The notes: generated by a model from the letters alone, not told the origin. A stretch of 64,000 nt of DNA from Eledone cirrhosa (GCA_964016885.1 OZ024741.1:308574001-308638000); one strand, 5' to 3'. Positions 1 to 16,900 are shown, numbered from the stretch's first letter. Made by a program: numbers and translations.

Positions 1-288
1 AACTTGGATGTTGTTTTTTTTATTATTTCTCTTATGAAAAAAAATTAATAGACAGCGAAGTAGAAATCCAAATGAAGAATTTTATCGTCGGCACTCAGGA
101 AAAAGGAAAGATGGTCGATAAAAAAAGAATATTTTTCTCAGAATATTCTTTTCAGTATTGCAAAAAAAAATATATATATGTAATAATTAAAAAAAATTCG
201 AAAAAATAATATAAAGGAAAAAAAAAATTAATTAATTAATCATTTCATAATAATGAAAATAAAATGGATAAAATGTTAAAAGAATATC

Positions 289-326
<38 letters not shown>

Positions 327-500
327 TCTTTGCTTTTGGGGTGTGGGAATTCTTGTAAAGTTTTCATATAAAGATATTTTGTCTGGTATGAAATTGGTTT
401 ATAATCTCCCGTTGTATTTATTTATTTAGTTAGTTATATAATTATGATATATAATGATCATATACATATATATATATATATATGTGTGTGTATGTGTATG

Positions 501-552
<52 letters not shown>

Positions 553-789
553 GCATGTGTGTATACATGTACATACATAACACAAACATACACAAGCAGC
601 TATATTTATATATATATATATTTATAGCTGCTTGTGTATGTTTGTGTTATAGATGCCTTGTATGTAATTTATGTCCAGTGATTGCAGAAGAGAGAAGGGT
701 TGGAGGCCAAATGGCAAACTATGCAAACAGACAAACAAAACAAAAACAAACCAAAACAAAAAAATTTGTACAACAAAAAAAAAAAGTTC

Positions 790-830
<41 letters not shown>

Positions 831-1203
831 TAATAATATATGTATTATATACATTATTTTTCTGGTCATACACATTGAATCAAGGTGGGGGCACCTTGTT
901 ATGTTGGACATTGGTCTGTGTTTATAATATGTAATATTTATATACATATTATATATTACATATAATATATAATATGTAATATTTATATACATATGGAGTT
1001 TAAACGGTCCTGCTACAAAAACTGATCAATTGTAGTGTAGAAGATGAATTAGATTGATATACCTCGTTTGTGACTGTATAAGAGAGGGAGGAGACTGACG
1101 GGGGGAGATGAGATGAAGAGGGATTGGCAGATTCTCTGTGTTGTGTCATTGATAATGATCAGGGATCACCTAACAAGTGATATATGCATACATACATATA
1201 TAC

Positions 1204-1280
<77 letters not shown>

Positions 1281-1284
1281 CACA

Positions 1285-1321
<37 letters not shown>

Positions 1322-1505
1322 GGAGAGGGAGAGAGAAAATTATATATACATATATATACATATATATATATATACATACATATATATACATATATACACA
1401 TATATATAAATATATATAATTATAAGTATATATATAAATATACAAATATAAATACATATATAGAGATATATAAACATATACTTATATATATATATATGAT
1501 ATAAG

Positions 1506-1537
<32 letters not shown>

Positions 1538-1801
1538 TTTATCTCATATTCTTTGAGGCTGGTTACAGCTGCTCATTTCTCATAAAATATTCTGGAATGT
1601 TTTAATTATTTGCAATGACTTGCATTAGGTTTCCTTCTATTATACATTGTTGCTATTTCAATAGTTGTTGCTGTTGTTGTTGTTATTTCTTCTATTGTTG
1701 GTGCTATATTCTGTGTATACGTCTGTGGAATGTTTTGCAAAAAAATTGGAGAACGAATTAAAGAATTACAACAACAGCAGCATATGAATGAAAATTGGTG
1801 C

Positions 1802-1860
<59 letters not shown>

Positions 1861-2633
1861 ATGTATATATATATATATACCTATATATATGTATTTTTAC
1901 ATATATTTGTGTATATGTATATATATATATGTATGTATGCAAAAGTTAAACAGGAATAACAAAACAAACGGCACAATACATGGAAGAAATATATTATTTT
2001 AACGCTTGAAATAGCAGTAAGAGAGTCTTAATGTTTTGGACACTAGTCCTTCATCAAAAGATAAGAGTTAGAAATAGAAAAGAAATAGAAAGTAAAGAAT
2101 GATAAGAGGAAGGAACTGGGAAAAATGAGGAAAAGAAGAGGGAGAAAAAAAACACGTGCTTATTCAGTCAACCATATGTGTGTGTGTATGTACATATATG
2201 TATGTACATATATGTATATATATATGTATATATATATTCTAAAAACAAAAAGAAAAGGATATCATAGGTGAGGAGGAGGGGTTGGATAAGAAGAATGAAT
2301 GAATGAATGAATGAATGAATGAATGAATGATTACAACAACAGTGGTGACAACAACAATGATAATGATGTTCATTTTATGGTAGTAGTGAAGGTGGTGGTA
2401 GCAATTCTGATGATGATGATTATAATGATGTTAATGATGATGATGGTAGTGATGATTTTGGTAGTGGTGGTAAGGATGGTGATGCTGATGATTTACATGG
2501 TATCAAGCCAAATCTTGTAGAGATGAGTTTATTTATAACACACTGATAGGAAAGTATTTCAGTTTCACTTTGTTGCTGTTTTGTGTTTAAACATTATCTT
2601 TAGCAGCAGCAGTAGCAGTAGTAGTAATAGTAA

Positions 2634-2669
<36 letters not shown>

Positions 2670-5600
2670 CAGTAGTAGTAGTAGTGTGCATTTTTATCTT
2701 TATTTGTCTCTATGTCTGTCTATCTCACTCCCTCTCTCTCTGTTCATACACATCTTTGTAGTTAATTAAAGTCACCGAAGATGTTCCTTTTCATGCTACC
2801 AGCATATAAATAGATAAAAATGTCCAATATAGGACCCACAGTCTCAACTACAGATGTTGCATATATGCTGCACTTGTGAAGCAGATAGTCACTGCTGTTG
2901 CTGAGCCATGCACCAGTTTCTGCTGGCAGTGACATAGTCAGAGAGATGTTTAGACAGTTCAAGAAGATGCTAGGTGTTAAGAGAATGCAAGGCTTGTCAG
3001 TCTTTTGCTCCATCTTCATTACTGAATAATGGAATTTTGGAGTTTCTGAGTCGACTGCTTTTGCCTTTTTGTCAGCAGGGCACAGCCAAAACACCACCCT
3101 CACCCCTTCCTCCTTTCTTTCTTCCTTTGTCTAACAGTCATTCCTCTTCCTCATCCTTTTCCTCTCATTTATGGCATTTATAGTCCTTTCCAATACTGCT
3201 TTCTTTTTCTGTATGTTTAACCAAATAAAAATAAAATTTATTTAAAATTGTACTTGAATTGCCTTTTCTGTCTGCCTTGCACTCATGCTCCATATGTCTG
3301 CTTACCATAGAGAATGGCTAGCTTTGAACAGTCTATTTTCACTACCCTAACATGTCCCACTCAATGCACCTTTAATTTATTGAGGATTACTTTCATGCTA
3401 GAGTTTCTGGTACATTCAAAGACTTCCAGATTTGATACTCTGTCTTGTCAATCTATCTTAGGTATCTGACACACACATATCTACACATACATATGCACAT
3501 ACGTACATACACACACACATGCATATATATATATATATATACGAGATGTATGTATTCCTATTGTAATATCCATTGCATTTGATGAGCAAATCCAATCCAG
3601 AGTCAAGCTACATGTTACCAAACTGCTTAACTACTTATAGCTTAGAGCTGGCCATTTGTGAAACACATGTTACGCATGATTACAAATAAAATGTTGTATT
3701 GAAACTTCAATCTCTCTTTATATATGCATGTGTGTGTATTTGTGTGTGTATTCTGTGATGGTGAGATAGGTTGTAGTGAGATAAAGTTCTGAATATTTTG
3801 CTATGTATATCAAGTTTCTTTACTCAGTGTTTCTGATTTTAAATCTTACTAGAGGTGATTTTATTCACTCCAGGTGTCAATCATAAATAAATAAATAAAC
3901 ATACCAGTAAGATACTGGGTGTCAATGCTATCTCTATAGCCTTTTACACAAACACACACACATATTATATATATACACACACACTTCAAAGCTTCAAAGC
4001 TAGCCTTCAGTCTAGTAAAAGGAAGCAAAGTTGTTAGGCTTTTGTTGTTACTATATTTATTGTAATATAATTGTGGTGGATCAGCAGATTTCTGATAATT
4101 TGTGGTATTTAGTTGGAGCTCTTTACATTCTAGTTTCAAATATGCCAAGGTCAACTTTGCTCTTCATCTTTCAAGAAGTTGATAAAATAAATTAATTATC
4201 AAGTACTGGGTTGATTTAACCAACTTCGTTCTTCCCCTAAAATTATTGGCCTTGTGCCTAAATTAGAAGAAGTTGTTCATGCCCACGTTGGCCATGAGAC
4301 AGCAGACCTATGATCAAAAACATACCAGCCCCAACCAACCCATATTTTGATAAATACCTTAGTACCTCAGACTGCATTATCCAATGTATTTTCTTTTAAG
4401 ACATCAGAGAAACTGATTCTCAAATGGTAGATCCCAAGAATCATCAATGTACACTAAATGTTTTTTAATGTCTTAAATTTAAAACTTTAGAAAATTCACC
4501 CTAATTCTTCAGAGTCACAGAAAACATTTAATTAATAATTTTGTTATACACATGTATGACTTTTTTGATTACACATGTATGACCTGTTTGATACCAAACC
4601 ACTTGAAATGGCCATTTGTTCTAGAATATAAAGCTATATATTGTAAATTGTGTATATTTATCTAAAAACCTTCCATTATAATTTTATGTGAGAACCTTTG
4701 ATAAGTTATGTTCCAAATGCCAGCTTAATAATGAGAAAGTTAATTATATTACTAAAACACTTTAAATTCTTGACTATTTTCAAAAATAATTAGTGCTATT
4801 ACTATTTCTAGCAGGCTGATCCACCATGTAAAGACTTTCTCATTAACTCACTATTATCTATGTCTATTAATGTAATCTAGATTTGTCATCGTGTTTTGTT
4901 TGTTTTTTACAGATACCTCACACTTGGCTCTGATCTGACTCTCAATTAGATGGGAAGGGAGTCAATATGTAGCTGCCTAATGATAGAGAAGAGGAGTAAG
5001 GTGTAAGCAGATCAAGGAGTTGTTCTAAATACCAGTAATATCATTCAATGGATACAAAACTGCCCCTCCCCATCATACACACATGCATGGTATCCCACCA
5101 CCCCACCAAGATCATGATCACCATTACCACCACATCCTTTCTAACAAATAATCACCTACATTGGCTCATATGTTCAACATCATTGGTTATGAGAAATCAC
5201 AGTTTGGACTTCAAAATTTCTATTCTTTATTCTATAAATCACCCACCTCAACCTCTAACTTCATGGGCTTGTTGCTGAGGATGGTGGTGGTGGTGGTGGG
5301 GTAACTAAATGGCACTGTTCCCCTGCTCCACTTACTTTCCTTCCAATGGTGCACTCTCAGATTTAGAAAATAGAGTTTATAAAAAATGTCCTGATATATG
5401 TTCCTTGCAAAAGAGTGCCCACCTAATTAAAATGTTCTGAAGCTCCACCGAGCACCATTGCCTCGCAATAAACCTGCATTGCCATCACCACCAAAAACAT
5501 CCCTGCCCCTCAAAACTAAAATGAACAGTCCATAAAAGATTAGTAGTGAAATAAGGTTGATGGAAACTGTATGTGAGCCTCTTAGATGAACTGTATCTGT

Positions 5601-5784
5601 AATTTGTGTGAAGTGCCAGCTTACTTATAAGCTGTATCATGCAGCTTCTCTCAGAGGATTAAGTCAGGGGTAATTTATCAAATGTACAAAATAAGGAAAG
5701 GCAAGGTCCGATGATATTTGAGGTATAATCAATTGAATCAATGCCAATACTTGACAGCTACTTTATTTTATCTACCCAGTAATA

Positions 5785-6220
5785 ATAATGGTTTCTGACT
5801 TAGGCACAAGGCCAGCAATTTTTTGGGAGGAAGGAGAAAGTCGATTAAATCGACCCCAGTGCATTACTGGTGCTTTATTTTATCGACACTGTAAGGATGA
5901 AAGGCAAAGTTAACCTCAGCGGGATTTGAACTCAGACCATAAAGAACTATAAGTCTATGCTGCAAAGCATGGTGTCCGACGCTCTACCAATACTGCCATT
6001 CCACTGCCCTTACCAAATAATAATAATAATAATAATTGTTTCAACTTTTGACACAAGGCCAGCAATTGTCCCAGTACATTACTGGTACTTTATTTTATCG
6101 ACCCCGTAAGGATGAAAGGCAAAGTTAACCTCGGCGGGATTTGAACTCAGATCATAAAGGGCCACAACTCTATGCTGAAAAAGCAAGGCATCCGACCCTC
6201 TACCGATACTGCCAATCCAA
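5785..6220 (-). mobile_element. Two tandem SINE family B copies
   Basis: Reverse complement of family B at ~5785-6011 and ~6030-6220. Confidence 0.8.
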
Positions 6221-6847
6221 ATAATAATAATAATGGTTTCTTTAGTTTGTACAAGGGCAATGGGTGAGGAAATATTACAATGACAAAATACAAAAACAAT
6301 GTTTGATGGTATGTGATGATGATGATGGTGGTGGCAATGATGGCTATGATGATGATAATGATGACATAAACGATGATATTGATGATGATGATGATGATGA
6401 TGGAGATGATGATGATGATAGTATTTGATTGAATTTAGAAGCCAGTATATTCTTTAGTAAAATTTGAATTTGTTATTGAACTTGTGTTCATTTTTATTGT
6501 TTTGTCTCTTCCTAACATTACCACTGCAGAAATCAATATATATATATATATATATATTCCTTCATGTGTACATTTTTAAAAATATATTATTTGTCTGTCT
6601 GTAAGACCCCCAACCTCCCTCATTCATCAACACCATGACTAGATGACAATTTTTATTATGCATTGATTCATAAAATAACCTTATATATATATATATATAT
6701 ATATATAGGAAAAAGCATGACCCCGACGGCAGAGCTCAAGCCGTTTCGACGGCTATTTCTGGACTCCTACTTCCCATTCTACTACCCTAAGTATTGAGTA
6801 CTCTGGTGCGTTATGGTCCATCTGGTTCTTTACCACATTTCCTTTGT

Positions 6848-6933
<86 letters not shown>

Positions 6934-7240
6934 CAGATACATACATATATACATGTACTTGTTTGTGTGTATGCTTGACATATATGCAAGCAATGAAAGC
7001 ATGTGCAGATATGTATCAATATATATATATATATATATATGTATATATTTATTTATATATACACACACACACTTGTTATTTTACATTTCATACACAACAA
7101 TCTTTTATATGTACAATTGCATATATACACATACATGCAACAGACATCGTCATTTTTTTATTTATTCATTTAAATAATGAGATTAGCATATACATACATG
7201 TATATTTGTGATCAAATTACACACATACACAAACACAGAC

Positions 7241-7850
<610 letters not shown>

Positions 7851-8091
7851 CTATATATATATATATAAATATATGTATGTATATATATATATATATGTAT
7901 GTATATATAAATATATGTATGTATATATATATATGTATGTATATGTATATATATATATATATATAAATATATGTATGTATATATATATATATAAAAATAT
8001 ATGTATGTATATATATATATATGTATATATAAATATATATGTATATATATATATATATGTATATATAAATATATATGTATATATAAATATG

Positions 8092-8149
<58 letters not shown>

Positions 8150-8241
8150 AATATATATGTATATATATATATAAATATATAAATATATATGTATATATAT
8201 ATATATACACACATGCACATATATATATGTATGTATATGTG

Positions 8242-8301
<60 letters not shown>

Positions 8302-9036
8302 TAATGGCACTGAGATAGCGTTAAGCATAATAGGTGTGTATTTGAAATCATGTACTATATGTTTGTTGTATCTATACATGTTATGTATGCTTTTATATAC
8401 ACTGCTATTTATATATATATTAATACATATACATATATTCATACATATATATGCACAGACATGTGCACACAACCATAAACTGACATATATGCTTGATTGT
8501 GCAATCTCTCTCTTTCTCAACAACAAACATTGTAGAATGAGTCCTTTCTTTCAAATCATCTCAGACAGAGGAATGGAAGCACAACAACAAAAACAACAAT
8601 AACAATAGTAAACAAAGACAAAACAAAAGGCATTGAAGAACTAAAATAGAAAGTAAAATTTAAAAAATAAATTAAACAAAAAAAAAAAAAAATTGGTTCT
8701 GGATGCAAAATGCAGAGATGCAGCTGTAAAGTTTGGTGCAGTCTGATGCATTTGGCATTCATCGTCTGTGTTAACATAATTCTGAGTGGTTAAAAAAAAA
8801 CAAAAATTATAGTCAAATAAATATATAAAAATTAAGATATAAACAGCAATGGAATGTTTAGGTTATAAAGTGTGTAGAAAGTGTTTGTATGTATGTATAC
8901 ACACATGTATATATACATATAAGTATATACATATATACATATTTATACATATATACATATCTATATATATACATATATACATATACATATATTCATATAT
9001 ACATATACATATATATATATACATATATACATACAC

Positions 9037-9067
<31 letters not shown>

Positions 9068-9158
9068 TATACATACATATATATATATGCCCCAGCATGG
9101 CCTCAGCCAAATGGGTGGAACAGGTATAAAAGTAAAAGAGAATATATATATATAATAT

Positions 9159-9246
<88 letters not shown>

Positions 9247-9293
9247 TATATATAATATATATATATATAATATATATATATATATAATAATAT

Positions 9294-9352
<59 letters not shown>

Positions 9353-9397
9353 TATATATAATATATATATATAATAATATATATATATAATAATATA

Positions 9398-9550
<153 letters not shown>

Positions 9551-9772
9551 GCCAATTTGGAAATCAAAGATAATTTTAAGTAGTTCTTGCCGGTGTTGTT
9601 AATGTTGCTCTTTACTTTCTCTCCCTTTGTCTATCTCTCTCCTATCCTCTCCCCATACACATACCGTTTTACCTTTGCGTCGACCCTTGCTATAGGCCTT
9701 CTCCCTGTCTAATAATTGTTTTGGGTTGTTCATACCCTCCATTTCCCTGTAATATATATATATATATACCAA

Positions 9773-10141
9773 CATCATCATTATTTTACGTCCGCTTTTC
9801 CCTGCTTGCAAGGGTGGGACAGGAACTGATTCTGGCTTGATTTCTACAGCTGGATGCCCTTCCTAACACCAACCTCATTTACAGTGAGTGTTGGGTGCCT
9901 TTTTTTTCCGTGGCGTCTACACGTCCACTTTACAGTGTGTGCTGGGTGCTTTTTTGCCGTGGCACTTCCACGACCACTTTGCAGTGGAATGATATGGACC
10001 CCAGTCCCTATCATCTCATTTCTACAGCTGAGTAAACTGGAGCAACGTGAAATAAAGTGTCTTGCCCAAGGAAACAACACATCACCCGGTCTGAGAATTG
10101 AACTCACAACCTTTCGATTGCAATGTTCTAACCACTAAGCC
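9773..10141 (-). mobile_element. SINE family A copy
   Basis: Reverse complement of the 42567 element. Confidence 0.85.
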
Positions 10142-10417
10142 ATATTATATATATATATACATATTATATATATATACATATATATATTATATATATATAT
10201 ATTATATATATATATATTATATTATATATACATATATATATTATATATATATATATTATATATATATATATTATATATATATATATTATATATATATATA
10301 TATTTTATTTTATATTATATTATATATATATATTATATATATATATATATTATATATATATATATATATATTATATATATTATATATATTATATATATTA
10401 TATATATTATATATATA

Positions 10418-10460
<43 letters not shown>

Positions 10461-10462
10461 AT

Positions 10463-10494
<32 letters not shown>

Positions 10495-10550
10495 ATTATA
10501 TATATATATTATATATATATTATATATATATATATTATATATATATTATA

Positions 10551-10638
<88 letters not shown>

Positions 10639-10696
10639 ACTGTGTAGAAATGAAAGAATAAATAATTTGATATCCTTGACTTTTTTCTAATATTAT

Positions 10697-10747
<51 letters not shown>

Positions 10748-11664
10748 CATATACACATATATATATATATATTATTTATATATACATATATACATACATA
10801 CTATGTCTGTACCTGTGTGTCTTTCTGTGTATGTGTGTAAGAGGGAGAGGAAGAGAAAAAAGAGGGAGAGAATGGGGGGCGGGGAGCTGTTCTCCTTGTC
10901 ACATGACCAGTACAACAATAGTGTGACTTACAAGTGAGAAATAATTATGTAAATGATGTTCAAACCGCAGGAAAAAAAAATGTAATTAATGTTTTTAACA
11001 AATCTAAATAATATTACCATATATTACCAAATATTAGTATTGTTGTTGTTGCTGTTGTAGTGGTAGTGGTAGTCGTCGTAGTTGTGATAGCTGTGATAGT
11101 TACTGAGTTGAAGTTTTGATGGCTAGGAATTTCTGCCTTCTCATCATAATGTCTTTGAAAATGTTTCACACTTTCTCACTCTCTCTCTCTCTCTCTCTCA
11201 CACTCTGTTTCTTCCAATCTCTCTCTCACTCTCTCTCTCTCTCTCTCTCACACATACACACACACACATAGAAACATGTATATGTAAAACACACACACAC
11301 GCACATTTAAATGTGTATGTGTTTTACTTTTTTAGTTTGTTTATTTGTTTGTATTTTTCTTTCTTCTTTCTTTCCTTCCTCTCAATTATTATTATTATAT
11401 ATATATTTTTCTTTCTTTTTTTTTTTTCATTTTCTGCTCTGCTCAGATTTCAAAAGATAAATAAACAAAAAAAAAAAAAAATAATAAAATAAATATTTAA
11501 AAAAAACAACGTTGTTTTTTTTGTTTTGTTTTTTTTTATCCATTTCTAAGACTCTTTTTTTTTCATTCTTTCTTTCTTGTCGTTCAACATCAACATCTTT
11601 TTCATCTTCCGTCTTGCAATTTCTTACTTTAAAACCTAAACACCTTTTTTCTTCTTCATCTTCT

Positions 11665-11850
11665 TCATGCATCTCCCAGTTGTTCCATCCAATTTGGAGA
11701 TTTGAAAAATTCAGGCAAGGTATCATCCATGCGAGAGATTATTTTATAGATAGCTTTCTTCCATGACTGCTCAGAATCTTTCCCACTTGATATAGCTTTG
11801 AAAAATTCTCTCAGTGTCGCCTGCACTACTATTCGGAAATTCTCTGGAAC
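11665..11850 (-). CDS. pros: prospero/PROX1 orthologue, terminal coding exon (Prospero domain C-terminus)
   Basis: Acceptor TTGTTGCAG|GTT, phase 0. Translates [61 protein letters not shown] with TGA at 11667-11665, the typical Prospero C-terminus. Confidence 0.97.
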   Translation of the reverse strand, partial: VPENFRIVVQATLREFFKAISSGKDSEQSWKKAIYKIISRMDDTLPEFFKSPNWMEQLGDA

Positions 11851-12094
11851 CTGCAACAAAGCAAAAAAAAAATATATATATATATCAGAATAAACATAAG
11901 ATGGAACACGATATGCAGGAAAATATATATATATATATATATAACAGAATAAACATAAGATGATACATCTTATGTTTATTCTGTTTATATGCAGGAAAAT
12001 ATGGATATGGAGTGTTTGGAAGCTAAAGGACCTTACAGTATACATTTGAAGAGAGAGGTGACAAGCAAGATTCATATGACATAAGTTCTAACTA

Positions 12095-12822
12095 AGGAAA
12101 CAGAATTTGGAATCCAAAGGGCTGAGAGCAAACATAGCCATAACTAAAGTGCTAGTAAGTAGGAGAGAAGACAGGACCCGGGTTCCTTCAGGGAAGTGGT
12201 TCTGCTCAATATGAAGAAGAGGAGGAGGCATAAGGTCTATACAATGTACACAATGTAAATCTTGGATATACAAGAAATGTAGTGGGATATCAGGTAGACT
12301 AATGAGAAGGGAAGACTTTGTATGTAAAAACATATTAGAGTAATCGGCAGGGAGAGTATCAGTGCTATAAATATTTCCCAATCACATGAAGGATCCATAG
12401 AAGCTTCTGCTATCTAGGTGACCTAATTAGCAGTTGAGAAAGGTGCTATTGGCTAGAATAAAGATAGGAAGGAAGAAGTTTAGAGAGCTACTCCCACCGT
12501 TGACAACAAAAGGTTTCTCCCTCTGTACAAAAGGTTAGCTGTATGACACCTGTGTGTGAAGTGCGATGCTACATGGTAATGAAACATGGGCAGAGACTGC
12601 AGAGGTCATGGAGAGAAATGAAGCAACCATGCTTCATAGGATGTGTAATGTAAATGTGAGAGAGAGAAAAGCAGAGCTTGGATGAACTGAGAGAGAGAGA
12701 CTGAGTTTAAGAGGAACTGAAGTGTGCAAGAGAGAAGGCTGAATTGGTACGGGTATGTGATGAACATGGATGATAATTGCTAAGTGAAGAAGTGCCAGGA
12801 AATCCCAGTAGAAGGAAATCAC
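12095..12822 (+). mobile_element. Old degenerate RTE LINE fragment
   Basis: Interrupted translation LESKGLRANIAITKVLVSRREDRTRVPSGKWFCSI*...CKSWIYKKCSGISGRL...LLPPLTTKGFSL...MLHGNETWA parallels the young RTE copies. Confidence 0.8.
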
Positions 12823-13585
12823 AGTAGATGATTAATAATATAATAGTAAAGATTTCTTTTACTGGCCAAAAGGGCCCAAGACATTGAAGACAATACACAG
12901 ATGAAAGAAAAAGAAAAAACAGCACAGTATGAGATTTACATTAAGTAAAGGGACAGGGTCAATAATAATAATAATTGTTTCTACTTTTGGCACAAGGCCA
13001 GCAATTACTCCAGTGCATTACTGGTGTTTTATTTTATCAACCCCAAAAGGATGAAAGGCAAAGTTAACCTTGGCGGGATTTGAACTCGAAAAGTAAAGGG
13101 TCATAACTCTATGTTGCAAAGCATGCTGTCTGACACTCTACTGATACTGCCAAATAATAATGATAATAATAATTTATTTAAAATGATAATAATAATAACA
13201 ACAATAATAATGGCAACAACATCAACATCAATAATTAGGGAGAGGATGATGAAGATAAATGGGTGTTTGGTGGGGTAAGGGAGCTATATGCCATTAATTG
13301 CTCCCCATTAACTGACACCCAAATTACAGAATGCCATCTTTGATATCCCCTTATTTTTTCATCTTTATATATTTTTCTTTTCTTCTTTCTTCTCTTCTTC
13401 CTCCTCTTCCTCTTTCTTCTACTTAAAATTTCTTTATAGCTATCATCATTTTCTCTTTTCCCTTTCCTTTGCTTTCTACTTCATCTTCTCATTTTTCATA
13501 TATATATAGAGATAGATAGATAGATATATAGATATATGTATGTGTGTGTGTGTACATATATATCATATATATATATCATATATAT

Positions 13586-13635
<50 letters not shown>

Positions 13636-13638
<3 letters not shown>

Positions 13639-13970
13639 CAGGTGATGTGTTGTTTCCTTGAGCAAGACACTTTATTTCACATTGCTCCAGTTTACTCAGC
13701 TGTAGAAATGAGATGATAGGGACTGGGGTCCATATCATTCCACTGCAAAGTGGTCGTGGAGGTGCCACGGCAAAAAAGCACCCAGCACTCACTGTAAATG
13801 AGGTTGGTGTTAGGAAGGGCATCCAGCTGTAGAAATCAAGCCAGAATCTGTTCCCGTATGCGCAAGACATGGTCAGCCAACCGGGCACTGCCCACAACAG
13901 GGCAATCCGTCTAACCCATGCTAGCATGGAAGAATTGACGTTAAAGGGTGATGATGATGATGATGATGAT
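13636..13970 (+). mobile_element. SINE family A copy, 5'-truncated, long-tail variant
   Basis: Matches family A from GACCAGGTGATGTG onward. Tail GTCTAACCCATGCTAGCATGG...(GAT)n. Confidence 0.85.
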
Positions 13971-16900
13971 ACAAGCGAGATATGGTCACCCGACCAAACT
14001 TGACTCAAATGGGACAAACCCATCTAACCCAAGCTAGTGTAGAAGATAGATGTTAAACGATGATGATGATGATATATATATATATATATACCTTCTTTTT
14101 CATCATCACATCCATACTTATTCATAATTTTTTTCTTATTCTTAACCACTACAGCATCAAGAGTCAAAAAGAGAGCCTCTACATTGTCACACTCTGGTAG
14201 AAATAGCTACGCATTTTTCCTCAAACCATACCATATTGTCTTATATCACTTGATATAATCTTTGGCTGGAATACTTTTGATCAGAGGTATGCTTGATTAG
14301 TGTTGACCTAGGGCTAAACAACAACAATAACAGTATCATGACTATCATCACTGCCACCACGACTACCATTACTAATGTAAGTTCACCACCACCAACATCA
14401 ACACTATCATCATATTCATTGCCATTGTCATCATCACCACCACTACCACCATAATAATCACTACTACTACCACCACAATCACAATCATTATCAACACCAC
14501 CATAAGCATCATCCTTATCATCATCATCATCATCATCATCACCATTACCAGCATGATCATCACCTCCTCCCACTGCAACTGTCACCTCTATTGCACCTCC
14601 ACTATTCACTCTTCAACCCCATCATAGCACCTTTAAGAGACAGAGAAGGGGTAGATGGGGGAAAGACCAGCTTAATAAGGGTTTGATTGCTCCCCCCCCC
14701 CCACACACACACACATCACACACACACACAGTCCACCATCTATCTATAAACAAATCATCATCAAATAGTAGTAGGAAGAGGGAAGGAAGGTGAGACTGTC
14801 ACATCACCCCCTCCCTACTTTCATTCATAAGATTTACAGCAGTGTAAATTAGGTAAAATGATGGTGGGAGGAAAACAGAGAAAGGTGTGGTGTGGTATGG
14901 CCTATATAATGTGGTGTTGTGTGGTGTGGTGAGGTCTATTGTGAGGGTGGTGTGGTGTAGTATATATAGTTGTTTCTACTTTTGGCACAAGGCCAGCAAT
15001 TACCCCAGTGCATTACTGGTACTTTATTTTATCGACCCCGTAAGGACGAAAGGCAAAGTTAACCTCAGCAGGATTTAAACTCAGAACGTAAAGGGCCATA
15101 ACTCCCTGCTGCAAAGCATGGTATCTGACACTTTACCGATACACCGCTGTGGTGTAGTATATATAATGTTGTGTGGTGTGGTGTGCTGTGCTGTTGTATG
15201 GTCTAATGTGGTGTGGTGTCATGTTGTGTACTATATATAGTGTAGTGTGGTGTAGTGTGGTGTAGTAGGGTGCAGTGTTGATGGTGTGGTGTTGTGTGAT
15301 GTAGTGTAGTTGTGGCAGGATGTAGCATAGTATGATGTGGTGTAGTGTCATATGGTGAGGTGTAATATGATGTGTAGTGTGGTGTGACGCACTGTTGCAT
15401 GATGTAGTGTAGTGTAGTATATATATATGTAGTGTAGTTTGGTGTGATGTGGTGTAGTTTATTTAGTCTTGTATAGTGTAACATGAAGTAGGATGGTGTG
15501 GTGTGAAATATTGTATAATGTAGGGGGATGTGTGGTGTTGTGTAGTGTGTGATATTGTGTATGTTGTTGTTTGTGGTGTTGTTGTGGTTGTGTTGAACAG
15601 ATGTGATGTGGAAGAGGCCTTTGTTGTTGTTTAGCCCTAGTGGAGATCTGAATTAACTGACCTATCATTAAGTCTTAATGTCCTGAACCACATGAAACTA
15701 CATTAGCAAAACATTTTTTGAAAAATACCAAACAACATTATGACTGCAACACATTTAAAATTGAAGTCTTTATTTTATCCTAATGCTGCATATTTTCACA
15801 ACAATCTGTCTACTAGCAATGATATCATAAACAATTGATTTAACAAACTCATTTTTAGATATTTTCTGCTAAATCATTACAGGTTGTTAAGAGTTAAAGG
15901 CAAACCAGCCATAACCCTTCCATCAGTATTTCAAGGGCTGTATCTAGGATGATATTATCTAATGTGTCTTTTCTTTTTTAAAACAATGTGAGTATGATAT
16001 GATAAAGATTTGGCAGCTATTCTTAGCAGTTCATGTTGCCACATAGAAGCAAGCACTGTTTGTATTGTAGTGGTGGTGGTGATGGAGGCGAATCTGGTCT
16101 GGATGTAGCATGTGATGTGGTGTGGACTGGAGGGTTTGTGGTGTGGGTGTATGGGTGGGGAAGGAAATTGGTGATCTCCAAGTTAATGTAAACCATTATG
16201 AATGCTAAACAAGTTCATCCATGGAACCCCACCACCATCATCACCATGCTCCATCACTTACCCTTTTACGCATACACACATGCACATAGACACACTATTA
16301 TCAGTCTGTGTGCCTGTGTGCATGTGTGTATGAATGTATGAGTGTGTATGCATTGGGGATTAGAAGGGACAGAGATGGAAAAAGAGAGAGGGGGGGGGGA
16401 AGAGATGAATTTAAAAAAAAAAGGCTAAGGAGGTGAGTGAGTGTTACAGGGAGAAGAAGAAGGACTAAGTTTGTGTAAAGAAGAAAAAGATCAGGGGTGG
16501 GTAGGAGGGCAGTTTATCAAGTTCAAAGAAAATGGCTCTCTGACCACTGACATCACAAACACCACAACTACAACACTCTCACAGACCCTACCTTAAGATG
16601 GAATCATTAAAAACACCACTGCCACCACTACAACCATCAACTAACTGCACCACATCACTATCATATCCACCCCAACAAATACCAACACCACTACCACCAT
16701 CAGAAGCACCACCACCACCACCACCACCACTAACACAGCCATCACCAACAGCACAACTACCATCTACAAAACCACCACCAATTCCACAATTAACACCCAC
16801 ACAACCAACACCACTATCACAGCTACCACCAACATCACTGCCACCACTTCGTCATTACCACCACCAGCTACACCACCATCACCAGCAGCACCACCATCAC

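Noticed and set aside
2762-3103. 113-aa non-repetitive minus-strand ORF
   Set aside because: No recognisable motif or convincing splice sites. It may be a decayed transposon fragment, but I cannot support a call.
11427-11726. Charged ORF overlapping the prospero stop in another frame (alternative C-terminus?)
   Set aside because: No supporting alternative acceptor was identified. It degenerates into A-rich and T-rich 3' UTR-like sequence.
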